Virus record (IMG/VR): IMGVR_UViG_3300048691_000181
Span: 1 to 64,000 of that record
Length of the DNA: 64,000 nucleotides
Direction: 5' to 3' (one strand)
From: a virus
Position numbers and translations under genes: made by a program. Position 1 is the first letter of the stretch. Every line of letters starts with the position of its first letter. The notes beneath the pieces are model-generated. The model was not told where the DNA came from, did not search any database, and saw only the letters and a program-made list of their open reading frames with translations. Below, piece by piece: positions 48,601-61,100 of the stretch.

Positions 48601-49914
48601 GATATAGATGCTCAGTATGGACAGATTAATGACCTGTTTGTGGACAAGAATAATATCTATGCACGCACCCATAAGTCTATCTTAATGGTTCCTACAAATG
48701 TCCAACAGATAGAAGGCAATGAGACATCTGTCTATCTCGGTAAAGCAGAAGTTATTCCATACGAACCTAAGGCAGTTTCAAACACAACTTGGTATGCTGG
48801 TGGTTATAATTTTATGCACCGCGTAAATACTGAATTTGGTACACTATTAGTAGACATCTATAACCATAAGATATTTCTGTTTAGAGACGGTTTAGAAGAC
48901 ATTACCTTATCTATGCAACCTTTCTTTGATTCGTTCCTTAGATGGGACTTATTAGACTTTAACGTTGATTATAAATATAATAGAGTTATTACATACTATG
49001 ATGCATGGAGAAAGAGAGTTCTTATTACAATGCACCGTTGGGTATTGAATCCGAATACGCTTGAGAAGATTAAGGCTGGGCCAATATCCTATAATGATTC
49101 AACTAAACTCTTTAGATTTTCCTATAATGTTCTTGGAGTTCCATTTGAAGACTTACCGATAGAAGATATAGCAACCTTAGAGAAATATACCATCTCTTAC
49201 GACTTCTCTAATAAAGCATGGGTGTCTTTTCATTCGTATGTTCCAGATTATGCTTTTGGACTTAAACAGGGATTCTTAACTCAGCATAAATATCCAGATA
49301 GTACACTAAACACAAATGCACTATGGCAACACTCTGATTCTAAGTTCAATGACAAGTCATACCTCATGTTTCAAGAACAGGACTATTCCTTCTCGATTGA
49401 GACAACAATTAATGGAGCGAACGAGATGTCTACTTACCAGAAACAGTTAGATACGTTGATTATAGATTCTGCTCAATCGAAACAAGATAGTATAAATACA
49501 GTTAGGTGGGATACATTAGAAGCGTATACAGACAAACAACATACGGGCGTAATTAACATATTACCTATTGTTCAAGATAAGACTTCGATGATACGTCAGA
49601 ATCTTTATTCTACTAACTTTGCTGAACTATCAGAGAAAGAAGGTTATTATCACATCAACAAGATACTTGATAGAATTAAGGTCGTGAACAATTCGGCTAA
49701 CTTTATCTGGACATTTAATAACCGTTTAAGAAAAACACTCGATACGGCCAATATATACACGTCTCAAACAATGAATGCTGGAAGACTAAGTTCTAAGTGG
49801 ATACGTGTTAAGTTAGGCTTACAATACAATAAAATAACAGACATCGGAATTACGAATAAGGTCAAGCAAACAATTTTTTCTCTTGGTTCAGATGTAGATA
49901 TAGTTCTAAGATAA
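45649..49914 (+). CDS. tail stabilisation/muzzle protein
   Basis: 1421 aa; NTFTGGMN, VYFTDGVNPYR, YMRDEVYALG, YTISYDF...WVSFHSY.PD. Confidence 0.75.
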   Translation: MQKTLSNTFTGGMNWALLPQLVPPNQYEQALNAVTQDREGQLGGLSTEQSNFKCGTLPLDYVLIGHQLLSDTDKELYVLFYAGANGYGEIGIHNPTDCGYTKIVGSTCLNFNEQYPVSALLKIQDNSNRFVYFTDGVNPYRVINIDDKARYVTDPNLPTETLICDALLFAPNMETPYLKAIEVLDGGSLKMGHYQCYARYVDKELIVTNVIAQSNDVMINRYAASEGYFTIDGGYNISDAGIAAGTEQYPKTNKSIKYTLYNTDNRFDYVEFLIVLFTGGDNAISTVEKSAPIAISKTSSNPTDPNGTVTWVYTGYNGLSGYSINEVIIDKTILSTVKAHIQKDNRLFIANTVEETTMDYSLIQQAALSIPVRWRAERLPKFTANIEGNSKNMLEHKTYMRDEVYALGVQGRKKNGQRTPVFHIPGRAPLTGIGAPLSSGEIFTIRTNPTSGWDKKLLNIVSSTTIDATGNSVQTHEVEHLTKYIIGNQIERWRVYNTSNIDIVTPTEFGGIMAYYECDEVYPTIKTPNGLNLYGSLTGKSIRHHKMPDTNTILHCTDDEVRPLSLDIDLSLFVSSLPSVITNQVESWHIVQAERTDENKTVLDKGFTTYNEFNLYRDTPLAFYDSDKVISFYSPKSVFQRAGLNGTHYKIEWYNREQDVEANVSDYTYLQPNFVSMGGDNRKIVREFIQKLDTLGPLKYNPSNLAIKAFTYISPTTLSLTTDNFTLGSLGNITVTLRNRSFSNALLLFQMENGKVIKNPTDSAAFPNAKPFLTYGAIKQEKSVYGNLDLLTYFDTSRMLNSPNINTTINSNLHIIKSGDTFITPLHVHNIAFINYGSVQNNITEDFYYYIVESDLNAGMRHQWNVNQKTQGNLYHKGWYTWNGAPQRFGEDIEEYLVRMNGGIYAGFWSNSTADKRLFAPAYLYNKDYGYQAPIKPQYALSGQYDYIKFSEKNRHYYRIRYSEKSFQSARTDAYRDLRPNNYVDIDAQYGQINDLFVDKNNIYARTHKSILMVPTNVQQIEGNETSVYLGKAEVIPYEPKAVSNTTWYAGGYNFMHRVNTEFGTLLVDIYNHKIFLFRDGLEDITLSMQPFFDSFLRWDLLDFNVDYKYNRVITYYDAWRKRVLITMHRWVLNPNTLEKIKAGPISYNDSTKLFRFSYNVLGVPFEDLPIEDIATLEKYTISYDFSNKAWVSFHSYVPDYAFGLKQGFLTQHKYPDSTLNTNALWQHSDSKFNDKSYLMFQEQDYSFSIETTINGANEMSTYQKQLDTLIIDSAQSKQDSINTVRWDTLEAYTDKQHTGVINILPIVQDKTSMIRQNLYSTNFAELSEKEGYYHINKILDRIKVVNNSANFIWTFNNRLRKTLDTANIYTSQTMNAGRLSSKWIRVKLGLQYNKITDIGITNKVKQTIFSLGSDVDIVLR

Positions 49915-49931
49915 ACAAATCTTAAACGAGA

Positions 49932-52901
49932 ATGAAAAAGAAAATACAAAAACTTAGTCAAGGTGGAGATATTCTTGGAGGTATATCTAAATTTGCACCT
50001 CTGTTAAATATGGTAGCACCAGGATTAGGAACAGGCATAGGTGCTGTTGCGGGATTAGGTTCTTCCTACTTAAATAACCAAGAGATGAAACAGAAACAAG
50101 CAGAAATGGCTATGAACAATCCTGCTAACTATTCTAATCAGAATGCATTTGGTTATGCTCAAGGCGGTCCAGTTCTTCCTGCTCGAGACAATACATCTGT
50201 TCCTAATCCGATATTAAGACCTACGTGGATGGGAAATATGCAGAATCAACAACACTTCTATGCTCATAATTCTCCAACACAAGCGAATCTAAACATGATG
50301 AACATGTACGGACAAGGAGCTCAAGACCTAAATAACCAGAATGCAGCATATAAGAAATCTTTAACAAGTCCTTCTACATTAGGTTCTGTTATGGGCAACA
50401 CAGCCCTTGATGCTTTAGGCTTGTTTGGAGGCAATATGATTAAGCCTGCTGTCAAAGGCGTTCAAATGGGAAGTGCAAATAAAGTAGAAGACCTTATGCC
50501 ATTCTCTAATCTATTGAGATGGGCTGATGACATTAAGGTTCTTCCTAAGTCTAATATAGGATTTAAAGACGGTGGAGACTTGTCTAAATTAGCCCAAGGT
50601 GCTGGCTTAGTTACAGGAGCTCCTAATCAGATAGATGGTAATAACATGAACTATAAAGGTTCTCCAATAGCCCTTAATCATGGTGAGACCTTAGATACGA
50701 ATAAGGATAGAGTTATCTCTACCAATTACTTTAATCCTGTTACAGGAAAGAAAATAGTAGATGAAGATAAAGCGTTAAAGAGAAGTAGAGGGAAAGCAGA
50801 AAAGATACTTCAGAATGGTTCAGATGTAGCTGCCATGAATACTGTTAAATATACACAACAGAAAGAAGATGGACTCTATCGTATGCAAGAGATGATTGCT
50901 CAAATGGCAGGAGATAGGAATAGACCACAAGACCAACCTCCGCAAGGATATTACAAAGGTGGAGAGATTGGCAATGAACAAGGAGTTCCTCTAAACAAGT
51001 TCTATGAAGAGATGATGAATTCACAAGGAAGAGGCATTCAAGTAGAACAAGTTACAAATAACGATACTTTGAATCAAGTAATAGTAGATGCATCTAATAA
51101 AGCAGCTAAAAATATTAAACAGAATAAAAAGTCTATTGCTCATTCTGAAGATACGGCTAAGATTCAGAGAGAACTAAAAGCTCTTGGTTACGATTTAGGT
51201 AATTATGGGAATAAAGGCGTAGATGGTATATGGGGTAAGAAAACTGAATCTGCTTATAATGATTCGGTTAAGAAAGGAATATACTATAAAGAAGGAGAGT
51301 TAGATTTAACAGATGAGCAGCAAGGATATCAAGCGAAGTTTAAGCATGGCAATAAAGATACAGACGCTTTTCTTACTGGGCTTCAAAATTCTAATGCTCT
51401 AAAGTTTGATGAATTTAATAGTGGAAATGGATTACTCGATAGCATGATTTATGGACTTGGAGCGAATCAAAGAAAACATGATGAAAAAGTTCAAAAATGG
51501 TATGAAGCTCATCCTTACGAAGGTGTTCCTAAATCTTCTCTAATGAGTAAAGAAAACTCAATTCGCAAACAAAAGGTAAAAGCTGCTATTTCTAAAAAAG
51601 AGATGATTCGTCCTGATGATAGTTCAACTGTCATAGGTACTCCATTTGTGACCAATAGCACTACTAAAAAAAAAGAACCTGTTTCAGCTCCCATTAAATC
51701 TACTCCAAATTGGGAAAATGCTCCATTGATTGAAGCGTATAGAAATGACCCTGACAAGAGTAGTTATCGTAATGCGCCTAAAAAAGAAGAAGGCAATTCT
51801 ATGTTATGGCAAATGCTAACTATACTAAAGAATAACGAAGAAGGAAAATCATTAAGAAATGGTAGAGCTCAAGACGAAGTTACTAAGCAGGTATTATCTA
51901 AAAAGTATGTTACAGGTGGTCCAATAGACTGGGAAAAGAATATGCAAAACTTAGGGAATGTGAATCAACGCTATATGCCTGATGGTTCAGAGATTGACCC
52001 GATATACGGAACTAATCCTTTGCCATTAAGAACACCTATGATTCCAGACTCTATTCAGTCTATGTTTAATCCTGATGCTGGTAGGGGAGATAATGGCGCT
52101 TTCTTAAATAGGAGTAATCACTACATTACGGCGCCTTTGCCATTAGGAAGAGAAAAAGGAAGTCACGCATTAGATGTTCGAGTTAATCCTGATTTAGCTT
52201 CTTTGGATACAGACCCTTATGGGAATGCGCTTCAGACTGCTTTATCAGAGCAAGGAGCTGGCATTGATACTAAGTTTGCGCCTAAGCAACATAATCCTAA
52301 TTTCTGGTCTCAATCAACACAAGGAGAAAAGATAGGCATGGCAGGACAAGCAGCTTCTCTTATTGCTAAAGGAATAGAATCCTTTCAACCGCTTCAACAA
52401 CAAGCTACACGTCTTAATACAGCTCCTATTTCTTTAACTCAATTAGACCCTTCTTCTATCTTAAACAGAAATCAACAATCCTACCAATCAGCCTTAGCAG
52501 CCAATCAAGGCAATACCTCTAATCAGAATGTAGGTATACAACAAGCCTTATTTGCAAACAAGCTATCTGCGGATAATCAAGCACTTTCTCAATTTCAACA
52601 ACAGAATGCTTCGCTCAAAGATAACTATGAACAAAGATTGGCTCAACGTATGGGAGAGAATAATCAATCTGCTAACCAAACAGATGATATTATGGCAAGA
52701 CGTAGAGGAACACGAGAAAACATGAGAATGGGACTTTATGGAGATGTTGCTACTATGGGTATGAATGTAGGTAACTTGATGAATACACGTATGTCTAACC
52801 AAGCAGGCTTACAAATGATGAAAGGAATAGCACCTGATGTATGGGCTAATCAAATGAAAAATATGTCTCCAGCAATGAAGCAATACTTTGGACTTCAATA
52901 A
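49932..52901 (+). CDS. virion cargo/ejection protein with a peptidoglycan-binding domain
   Basis: N-terminal Gly-rich helix; recurring (Y/F)xxGG motifs; KIQRELKALGYDLG...VDGIWGKKTESA PG-binding motif. Confidence 0.65.
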   Translation: MKKKIQKLSQGGDILGGISKFAPLLNMVAPGLGTGIGAVAGLGSSYLNNQEMKQKQAEMAMNNPANYSNQNAFGYAQGGPVLPARDNTSVPNPILRPTWMGNMQNQQHFYAHNSPTQANLNMMNMYGQGAQDLNNQNAAYKKSLTSPSTLGSVMGNTALDALGLFGGNMIKPAVKGVQMGSANKVEDLMPFSNLLRWADDIKVLPKSNIGFKDGGDLSKLAQGAGLVTGAPNQIDGNNMNYKGSPIALNHGETLDTNKDRVISTNYFNPVTGKKIVDEDKALKRSRGKAEKILQNGSDVAAMNTVKYTQQKEDGLYRMQEMIAQMAGDRNRPQDQPPQGYYKGGEIGNEQGVPLNKFYEEMMNSQGRGIQVEQVTNNDTLNQVIVDASNKAAKNIKQNKKSIAHSEDTAKIQRELKALGYDLGNYGNKGVDGIWGKKTESAYNDSVKKGIYYKEGELDLTDEQQGYQAKFKHGNKDTDAFLTGLQNSNALKFDEFNSGNGLLDSMIYGLGANQRKHDEKVQKWYEAHPYEGVPKSSLMSKENSIRKQKVKAAISKKEMIRPDDSSTVIGTPFVTNSTTKKKEPVSAPIKSTPNWENAPLIEAYRNDPDKSSYRNAPKKEEGNSMLWQMLTILKNNEEGKSLRNGRAQDEVTKQVLSKKYVTGGPIDWEKNMQNLGNVNQRYMPDGSEIDPIYGTNPLPLRTPMIPDSIQSMFNPDAGRGDNGAFLNRSNHYITAPLPLGREKGSHALDVRVNPDLASLDTDPYGNALQTALSEQGAGIDTKFAPKQHNPNFWSQSTQGEKIGMAGQAASLIAKGIESFQPLQQQATRLNTAPISLTQLDPSSILNRNQQSYQSALAANQGNTSNQNVGIQQALFANKLSADNQALSQFQQQNASLKDNYEQRLAQRMGENNQSANQTDDIMARRRGTRENMRMGLYGDVATMGMNVGNLMNTRMSNQAGLQMMKGIAPDVWANQMKNMSPAMKQYFGLQ

Positions 52902-52921
52902 CCTAAACAAAAAGAAACGCA

Positions 52922-55057
52922 ATGCCAATTAATCAATATTTTAACTACCAACCACTACAACAGGCAGACTATTCATTCCATGCACCATTAGAGATGATGG
53001 GTAAGACTTTGTCCTATCTTCAGGATAAGTCTGACAAGAACTATGCTGCATTAGGAGAAGTGCCAAGTCTGCTCAATGTTCCTGTTTTAGAAAAAGATGC
53101 TCAGTTAAGAGCCAATATAGAGAATAAGTATAGAGATAGGATTAAACAATTAGTCGATAAAACAGGAGGAGACTATTCTGGTGTCCAGAAAGATGTACTT
53201 GCTATCCAGAATGACCTTAGAAAAGACTTATCTTTCTCTGGAAACTTAGGCGCGTTGAAGTCTAACTATGACGAGTTTGGTGCTTACCAGAAAAGATTAA
53301 CAGACAATAAAACCCTAACGAACTACCAGCGTTCAGGTGCAATAAATACATCTCTAAAGAATTATCAAGGTGCAGGAGAGGTAGACGCTTTAACAGGCAA
53401 GTATAACCGATTCTCTGGTATAGACATAGATGGATTTGATGTCCAGAAACATTTGCACGATATTAGAGACCTTAAACCTTCATCAGAAGAACAGATAAGA
53501 ACTTATAAAGAAGGTAATGACATCATAGATAGAAAGTCTGCTGTTAAGGGTGTATCTTATAAGAATGCCTATGAAGTAGCCAAAGCTGACTTATTTTCCA
53601 ATCAGGCTTATCAACAACATAGGAGACAAATGGCAGCTATTGGAATGGCTATTGACCCGAGAGATGAACATGCTGCCTTAGATGCTTTTGCAGAACAAAG
53701 AAGCTTTAAAGAAGTATCAGATGACTTAAAGAGAACCAATACTGGTGATAGAGAATTTGCAGAAAGAAGAAGACACAATTTAATGATGGAAGGATATATG
53801 AAACCCGAACCTGTTGGACAATTAACATTAGAAGCTGGTAAAGGGAATGGAATACCATTAGAAAGAGAAATTAATACCACATCTAAATTAGAGCCAATTT
53901 ATGATAAAGACTTCATTGAACTGTCTGAAGGACAGGCATATCTTGGATATAAGCCAGTATCTAAAGGTGATGAAACATTAGACTATAATCACTCTTATGT
54001 TAAAACAGACCAATATGGAATATCTGGTCAAGCTCTAACAATGGCAGGTAACCAATTAATGAGAGGTCAAAAGACAGCATTGAAGATGAAAGAAGTTAAA
54101 GATAAAGATGGTAATAAGACTCAAGTACCCGTTCCTTTCTCTGAACTCAATATTGATGAGAAGCAAGCTCAATTAGGTGCATGGAATAAAGACAAGTCAA
54201 CTCAACAATCTCTTGTTCAGTTTACTAAGAATAACTATGGAACAATTGCACGTCAAAAGAACTTTACTTCCTCTTCAGTATTTACTATTGGAGATACTAA
54301 GAAACAAGATGAATTAGGTGGGTTGTATGAAGGTCAATCAGGATTGATTACTGTTTCAGATACCCAAGGTGCTTCACAAGGAACACTTCAAGACCAGATA
54401 TCGGCTTTCTCAAATACAGTAGGCGATGGCTCTAAAGTTAAAGTAACAGCAATTGGACCTTCTCCTTCAGCCAATCCTTCTGTAACAGGAAAGATGTCAG
54501 TTCGTCTTACTGTTCAAGGAAAGGCAGGACAACCTATTTCTAAGATACTATTCCTCGACAATCAAGACCCTGCTCTTCAACAGACTTATAAATCTGCTGT
54601 TGCAGCCTTTGCTCCTAATCAAGAGCAATTTGTATTTCAGCATAACGGAAAACCTGTACATTATGAAACATCTTATACAGAGTCTTTAACGTCTCCAGAT
54701 GGAAGTATATCTTCTATGTTTAGGGTTGCTCGACCTACTTCGCCATCAGAAATAGCAGAGAATAAGCGCTTAGGAATTGATGGGACTGCCTTCATAGACA
54801 ATGAAGCTGCTCTTAGCTTAGGCTCTCAAGTAGGTGTTAACCATACTATTATTGGCGGTAATAACAGAAAGGGATTAATTGAAGTGTTAGAGAATCTACC
54901 AAATGGCAAGTCTGTTAAAAAGACTTATCGGATTAATTCTCTAACACAATTGTATCCTTCTTTACAGGAAGCAACACCTCAATTAGCGCCATCTAAAGCA
55001 ACAAAGTCTACTCGTTATAGTCAATCCCAATCTTCAAGTTATTCGGAGAATGATTAA
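52922..55057 (+). CDS. virion cargo/ejection protein
   Basis: 711 aa, between the cargo gene and the giant protein. Confidence 0.55.
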   Translation: MPINQYFNYQPLQQADYSFHAPLEMMGKTLSYLQDKSDKNYAALGEVPSLLNVPVLEKDAQLRANIENKYRDRIKQLVDKTGGDYSGVQKDVLAIQNDLRKDLSFSGNLGALKSNYDEFGAYQKRLTDNKTLTNYQRSGAINTSLKNYQGAGEVDALTGKYNRFSGIDIDGFDVQKHLHDIRDLKPSSEEQIRTYKEGNDIIDRKSAVKGVSYKNAYEVAKADLFSNQAYQQHRRQMAAIGMAIDPRDEHAALDAFAEQRSFKEVSDDLKRTNTGDREFAERRRHNLMMEGYMKPEPVGQLTLEAGKGNGIPLEREINTTSKLEPIYDKDFIELSEGQAYLGYKPVSKGDETLDYNHSYVKTDQYGISGQALTMAGNQLMRGQKTALKMKEVKDKDGNKTQVPVPFSELNIDEKQAQLGAWNKDKSTQQSLVQFTKNNYGTIARQKNFTSSSVFTIGDTKKQDELGGLYEGQSGLITVSDTQGASQGTLQDQISAFSNTVGDGSKVKVTAIGPSPSANPSVTGKMSVRLTVQGKAGQPISKILFLDNQDPALQQTYKSAVAAFAPNQEQFVFQHNGKPVHYETSYTESLTSPDGSISSMFRVARPTSPSEIAENKRLGIDGTAFIDNEAALSLGSQVGVNHTIIGGNNRKGLIEVLENLPNGKSVKKTYRINSLTQLYPSLQEATPQLAPSKATKSTRYSQSQSSSYSEND

Positions 55058-55135
55058 GATGAGACATATCAAACTAATCGCTATTGCCTATCTTTGCCGT
55101 AAAAAATAAAACATAACTTCTAAATTCTACCTTTC

Positions 55136-58100
55136 ATGGACGAACAAGGACAAGACCCGTTTGCAGGAGGACTGCAACCACTAAAGAATACATACCAAAG
55201 ACAATTTCAGACATTAGATAAGCCGACAGAAATGGAGGCTTATAATGAATACGATAGAGGCTTTATTCCTAATTCAGGAATGAGTCAAGAACACAATAGA
55301 GCAAATAACCAGTCAAGTGGAGACTTACTTGCTAAGGCTGTTAAACGCTTAGCAATCTCTACTCCATTAAAGTTTGCTGAAAGTATCTCAGACTTAGGAG
55401 GTTTCTTGACAGGAACTTCAGCTATGGACAATCCATTATCTGTTGGATTAAGACAAGCAGAAGATGCATGGAAAGAAATGAATCCTGTTTATCGTTCTCA
55501 AAAGTATGACGAAGGAACAGTATGGGACAAGATGACATCTGGTTCATTCTTAGCTAATGACCTTATTGATGGTGTGGCTTATATGGCTTCAGCATGGGGT
55601 GGTACAAAGCTGATTGGTGCTGGTGTAGGAATGGCACTGAAGGCTACTATGCCTGAATTGGCATTAGCAGAAGCAGCAATGGCTAATGGTCAACAATTGA
55701 GTGGCGGTTCTAAGTTTGTCCAGACACTTCTTAATCGTGGCTTAGACGCCAATAATATTACACGTGGTACTGTAACAGCTTTAAATACGATTTCAGAAGC
55801 AACAGCAGAATCCGTAGACTCTTATACTCAAGTCAAACAAAACTTGCTCAGAAAGAAGCAATTAGGGCTTATGGGCCATTCTGGTTATGAGGACTATGCA
55901 AATATAGGAGATGACCAAATAGAATCTGAAGCAAGAAGTGCTTATAAGGAAACCTTTGTTGGTAATGCGGCTATCTTAATCCTGCCTAACTGGTTAGAAT
56001 CTGGTTGGTGGTTAGGAAAAGCAGGTAAAGCAGGTGCTCGTGCAACCTTAACAACAGCTTTCAGAGCAGGAGAAACGCAATTGGCTCAAGAGGCAGAAAA
56101 AATGGGTTTCAAACATGGAGCTATTGCTTTTGCTAAAGGCTTTGCTACGGAAGGCTTATGGGAAGAGAATCTTCAAGGCGCACTTCAAATGTACGAGAAG
56201 TCTATCTCTGACCCGACACTCTCTAATCGCGATAGAGGGCTATTTCCTGGCATTGCAGGCACTTTAAAGAATTCAGCAACAAACTTAGCAGGGTTTAGCA
56301 AAAGTCTCTTAGGAGGCAATATTGATGCCAATTCAGAAGAAGGTCAAGGTGCTATCTCTATCTGGTTAGGCGGTGCTTTAGGCTCTCCTATGGCATTGAT
56401 GGGTCATTACCGTGAACAAGTGGACAATAAGAAACAGAGAACAGAACTTCAGGCTGAGTTAGATAGAGCACATCAGAATAGTAAAATATTAGGTCATGGA
56501 TTCAATAAAGAGATAAACTTTGCTGTTGACTCGATTGAGAAAGATGATACTGGAAAGATAAAGAAAGATGCTGAAGGTAATCCTATTATCAAGTTTGATA
56601 TAGAGAAGAAGACTCGAGATTTGATTTCAGGATTTTTTAAAGAGATGTCTGCTAACCATGCTGTTTTAGCGGATATGGCAGACAATGAAATCTATGGTGC
56701 TGTTAATACACATTTCTCTGCCTTCAACGCGGCTATGGAAATAGAACAGTCAAGATGGGATAAAGGGATTAAGGATGTCTTTGCTGAAAGATTGGTTAAA
56801 AACTTTGAAGAGATGTCTAAGGGAACAGAAGCTGTACCAGAAAGTAAAGACGAACAAGGCAATGTTATACCAGCTCAAGAAGCTGTTGAAGGAACGAATG
56901 TAGGTAGAGGACTTTTTAAATTAGAGCTCTTAAACTCTTATCGTGACTTGTACCGTAATGAATATCAAGCAGCCTATAACAAAGCATTTAGAAGCTTTGA
57001 CGGCAATGACGAGAACAAGAAACGTTTCTTATTAGACATGGTTCAGAATAGAACGATTGAGATGTTTAGGTTACAGATGTTAAAGAGCTTGAGAGATGGT
57101 AATGGTTCTCTAACAACAGATGGTTTAGCAGAACCCTATATCAAGTCTAAGCAAGGAAGAGAAGACATAGAGAAGTTGATTGCCGAGAAAGAAGCTCAAA
57201 TAGAAAAGTTTAATCTTAGGACAAACTCGAAAGGCATAGAAGCAATGTATGGAGAATATCAGAAGTCTCAATCGGTAGATGATGTTCAGGAAGCATTGGG
57301 TAATGCAGTAAAAGAAGTAGCAGATTTAACCAAAGAACTTTCTGCAACAACAGAAACAGAGGTAGAGCAAACAACTAAAGATGCAGACGGCAAAGATGTA
57401 GTGACTAAAGTAAAGCAACAAGTAGGCATTTCAGAAGAAAAAAGAAAAGAGCTGAATCGGAAGATTCAAGAAAAGAAGAATGAAGTATTTCTTAAACGTC
57501 AAGAATATGAAGAACAGGCTGGTATTCACGCTAAGTCTATCTCAACCAACTTTTATCATGATAAAGACCTTGCAAAAGATGCCTTAGCTGGTAAAGATGT
57601 TAGAGGAATGGGACGTTACCAATATGAAAGGTTAGCTCATTCAAGAACTAAGATAGGTGGTAGATTTAGTAGATACCAGAATAGAAGAATGGGTCAAGTT
57701 CAAGATAGTCTTATCGCTCAAGTAGCGGCTAATATTCAAGCGAATAGAGAAAAGATGGCAGGGGACTTAACCTTAGTTGACCGTGTTCAAGACTTGATGG
57801 ACCAATATGAAGATGCACTACTTAATCCTCAAGCAGGTTCAGAAGAAATACGTCAACAATTACAAGAAAATGAAGAGAAGTCTCATCTATTATATCAAGA
57901 AGAAAAAGATTTAGATTTAAGATATACAGAAGAATTAAAGTATGCAACAACTTCTTTGTTGCGAAATCGCATTGATAAGACTTTCCAAAAACAAAGAGCC
58001 TTATTAAGTGAAAGAAGAGAGCTGTTAATTAACGAGTATAAAAACTTAGAGCAAGAATATAAAGACTTTGCTGATGACAAAGCCTTAGATATTATTGAAG

Positions 58101-61100
58101 AAATGCTTCAACTGATAACCCAGAATCAACGTGTCTTATTTCAAGCTTCTTTGTTTGATGGTTCTGTTATAGCTAAGTTTATGAATTTGGTTGAGACCAT
58201 TAGAGATAAATCAGAAAAGGCAATAGTAGAATACAATGACCTTATTGAACAAAGAGATGAGTTAGGGCAGAAGATTCAAGAAGGTGTATTTGATAAACCT
58301 ATCATAGAAGGATTACGAGAACTAAAGAATATAGACCTATATGGAATTAAACCAGAATACTTCTTATCTACGCCTATTGTTAAAGATGAAGATGAAGATG
58401 GTAATGAATTTGCTTTAGGTTTTGGTATAAGACAAGGAACACATATCTTTCCTTCTAATTTTGATGATGTAGTTGAACTTCAAAAGAACTTATTAAAGGC
58501 AATTAAAGCAAAGGATGATGCGCTTAACCAATATAAAACTCTTTTAAGTCAAATAGACGAGAAAGATTCTCTAACACGTAAATATGCAAATATTCTTAAT
58601 GGAGCAGAAGCTACAGCTGCTTTACCAGAAAGGGCTGGTTTAGAAGAAGCAGTTACTAAATATAAAGAGCATGTTAAAGAAAGAAGTAAACTTAATCTTG
58701 AACACACTAAGCTAAAGGACTATGATAAGAAAGCTCAATTAGCAATAGAAACAGAATGGTTGGTCAATCCTAATGAAGCTTACTTTAGACAATATCTCGT
58801 AGAACAAAATACGGATGATGTCTTAAACGCATTGTCTATCGAGTTCTCGAACATAGCTGCTGGTAAACTCTTTGATTCAGCTTTCGATATTGACGATAAA
58901 TCTACATGGACTATTCTTCCCGATGTAGCTTTTACAATGCCATTGGTTACTGCACGCTACTTTAAAGAGAAGTTAGAGGAAATAGTCAATATGACTAAGC
59001 ATACAACAGAAGATGAGACAGCAAAAGGAATTATAGAAGCCTATAAGAAAGTGTCTCAAATAATGGGGATGGGTAAATATGAGATTACACTGCCTAAAGC
59101 TCTCGATATGCTAAATGCCATTATTGCACACGAAGACAATCGTCAGAACATTAATATTGGTAGAATGGAAGCCTTTGAGAAGAATCAGAAAGCGTCACAT
59201 CAAGAAGTCTTAGATATTATTCATGGTTCAGATGCAATTAAGCTGGATGACTCTTATGGCCTATTTCGTGAGCTGCAAGCGATTAAATCCAGCGAGCGGT
59301 CTACTAAGAAGGCTGATGCTTTAAAGAGCTTAGAAGCAAAAGAAAAGGCTATCTTGCTTGAAGTAGATACTTTGATTGCACAGATGGGCATAACAGCATT
59401 GCCATCTGGTTATGAGTCTATGTCTGGTACGACCAAGCTGAATGCACTCTTATTCTCATTAGGTGGACTAAGTTCTTTTCTCTCTTTAGCAGGAGGAGAA
59501 AAGTTAAATGAACAGATGCGTGTAGCATTTAAGTTTCATGCCTTTGTTCGTGTGCTTCAATCAACAGGAGACATCAATCAGACACTCTACGAGATTTCTA
59601 AGGACGCTAAGTTAAATGATACTCAAAAAGCACAACTTACTGGCTTAATCACAAAGCTTACTTCCCTCTCTCCGATTGAGACAGCACAAGGATATTTGAA
59701 TTCTACGATTGGTGATAAAGGGAAGAATGATGCTAAGTATCAGGCTTTTGTAAATATCTTAACCAGTATAGATAAAGCACCTATGGATGGATTAGGCTAT
59801 TCGCCCAACTATCTTCAGATGAATGCCTTTATCGAATCAGTTATCAACTTCGACTTATCTCAAAAAGAGAACGAATCTCGTGTTACAGGCCTTAAAAAGA
59901 AGTTCAATTCGGACTCATTCCCTCAAGATGTCTTAGCTAAAGAATATATTAAAGACTTAAACGATAGACCTTTAAATGCGAGTTTACTCTTAGGCGTTTC
60001 TGGTTCAGGAAAAACAATAGGTACTCAACTCTTAATCAAATATTACTTAGCTGCTGGTTCAGGAAATAGACCTTCTGAAACAAAGAGAGTTCTCTTAGTA
60101 GGACATACTTCTGCTTCTTCAGAGAATCTAAAGAACGAAGCTGTTAGAACTATTCCTGCTGCTAATGCGATGACTGCTGTAACCAATGTCGAGTTCTATA
60201 ACATGACACCAGAGCAGCGTTCAGAGTTTGATTTGATTATTGCAGACGAACAGTTTACTCTTTCTACGGATGAGTTTAGAATATTCCAGAACGCGGGGAG
60301 AAATGCGTACAATGACGAAGGTGGCCCAGCAGTCTATGGTAAAGACGGATTAAAGATTCTTCAAACACCTGTTCTATTTATTATGGGTGACTCTTCTCAA
60401 CCACGAGGAGAGATTATGAACTACCTGACTGATTTAGAATCTGTTAAAGATGCTGCATATAAGTCGGTTAAGAGACTAACGCCATTGTCTATTGGCTATC
60501 GCGCTTCTGTTCAAGCCATAGAGTCTGTTGCTTACCAGTTTAAGTCCAGCACAGAGCATGTCCAACTGGAAACAACTGAAGCCAACAAGACAATAGAAGA
60601 GTTTAGAATTCAAGATAAGAACGCTATTATTGCCGCTAATGATAACCAAGCTTTAAAGGAATCTTTGTCTATCATTGGACTTATCTCTGATAATGATGCA
60701 GATGAACAAACACGTCAGAATAAGATATTAGACTTGGTTACACTCTTAGACAATAATACATCCACAGAGAAGACTGTTATTATTGTAGCCAACGAGAAGA
60801 AGAAGCAAGCATATATTGAAGGTTTAGTTAGGCTTAGTCCAAACATTAAGCCTGATTACGCAAAAGAAGGAAGGATTCAAGTAATGACCTTTAATGACGT
60901 TCAAGGGAGAACCTTTGATAACGTCTTAATCGACTATGTACCTACGGACAAGATGGTTCAGAGAAGTGTTGTCTTTAATCCTGCAACAAGAAAATATGAA
61001 CAGAAATATACAGAGATAGCCTTAGCCGACTTACAATTAGCTGTCGGTTCAGAATACAAGAAGAACTCTAATGTCTATATGGCTATAACAAGAGGAAAGA

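Noticed and set aside
58875-58900. RNA polymerase catalytic motif (reads SAFDIDDK)
   Set aside because: Lacks the first Asp and the context of DFDID; no RNAP motif confirmed in the window
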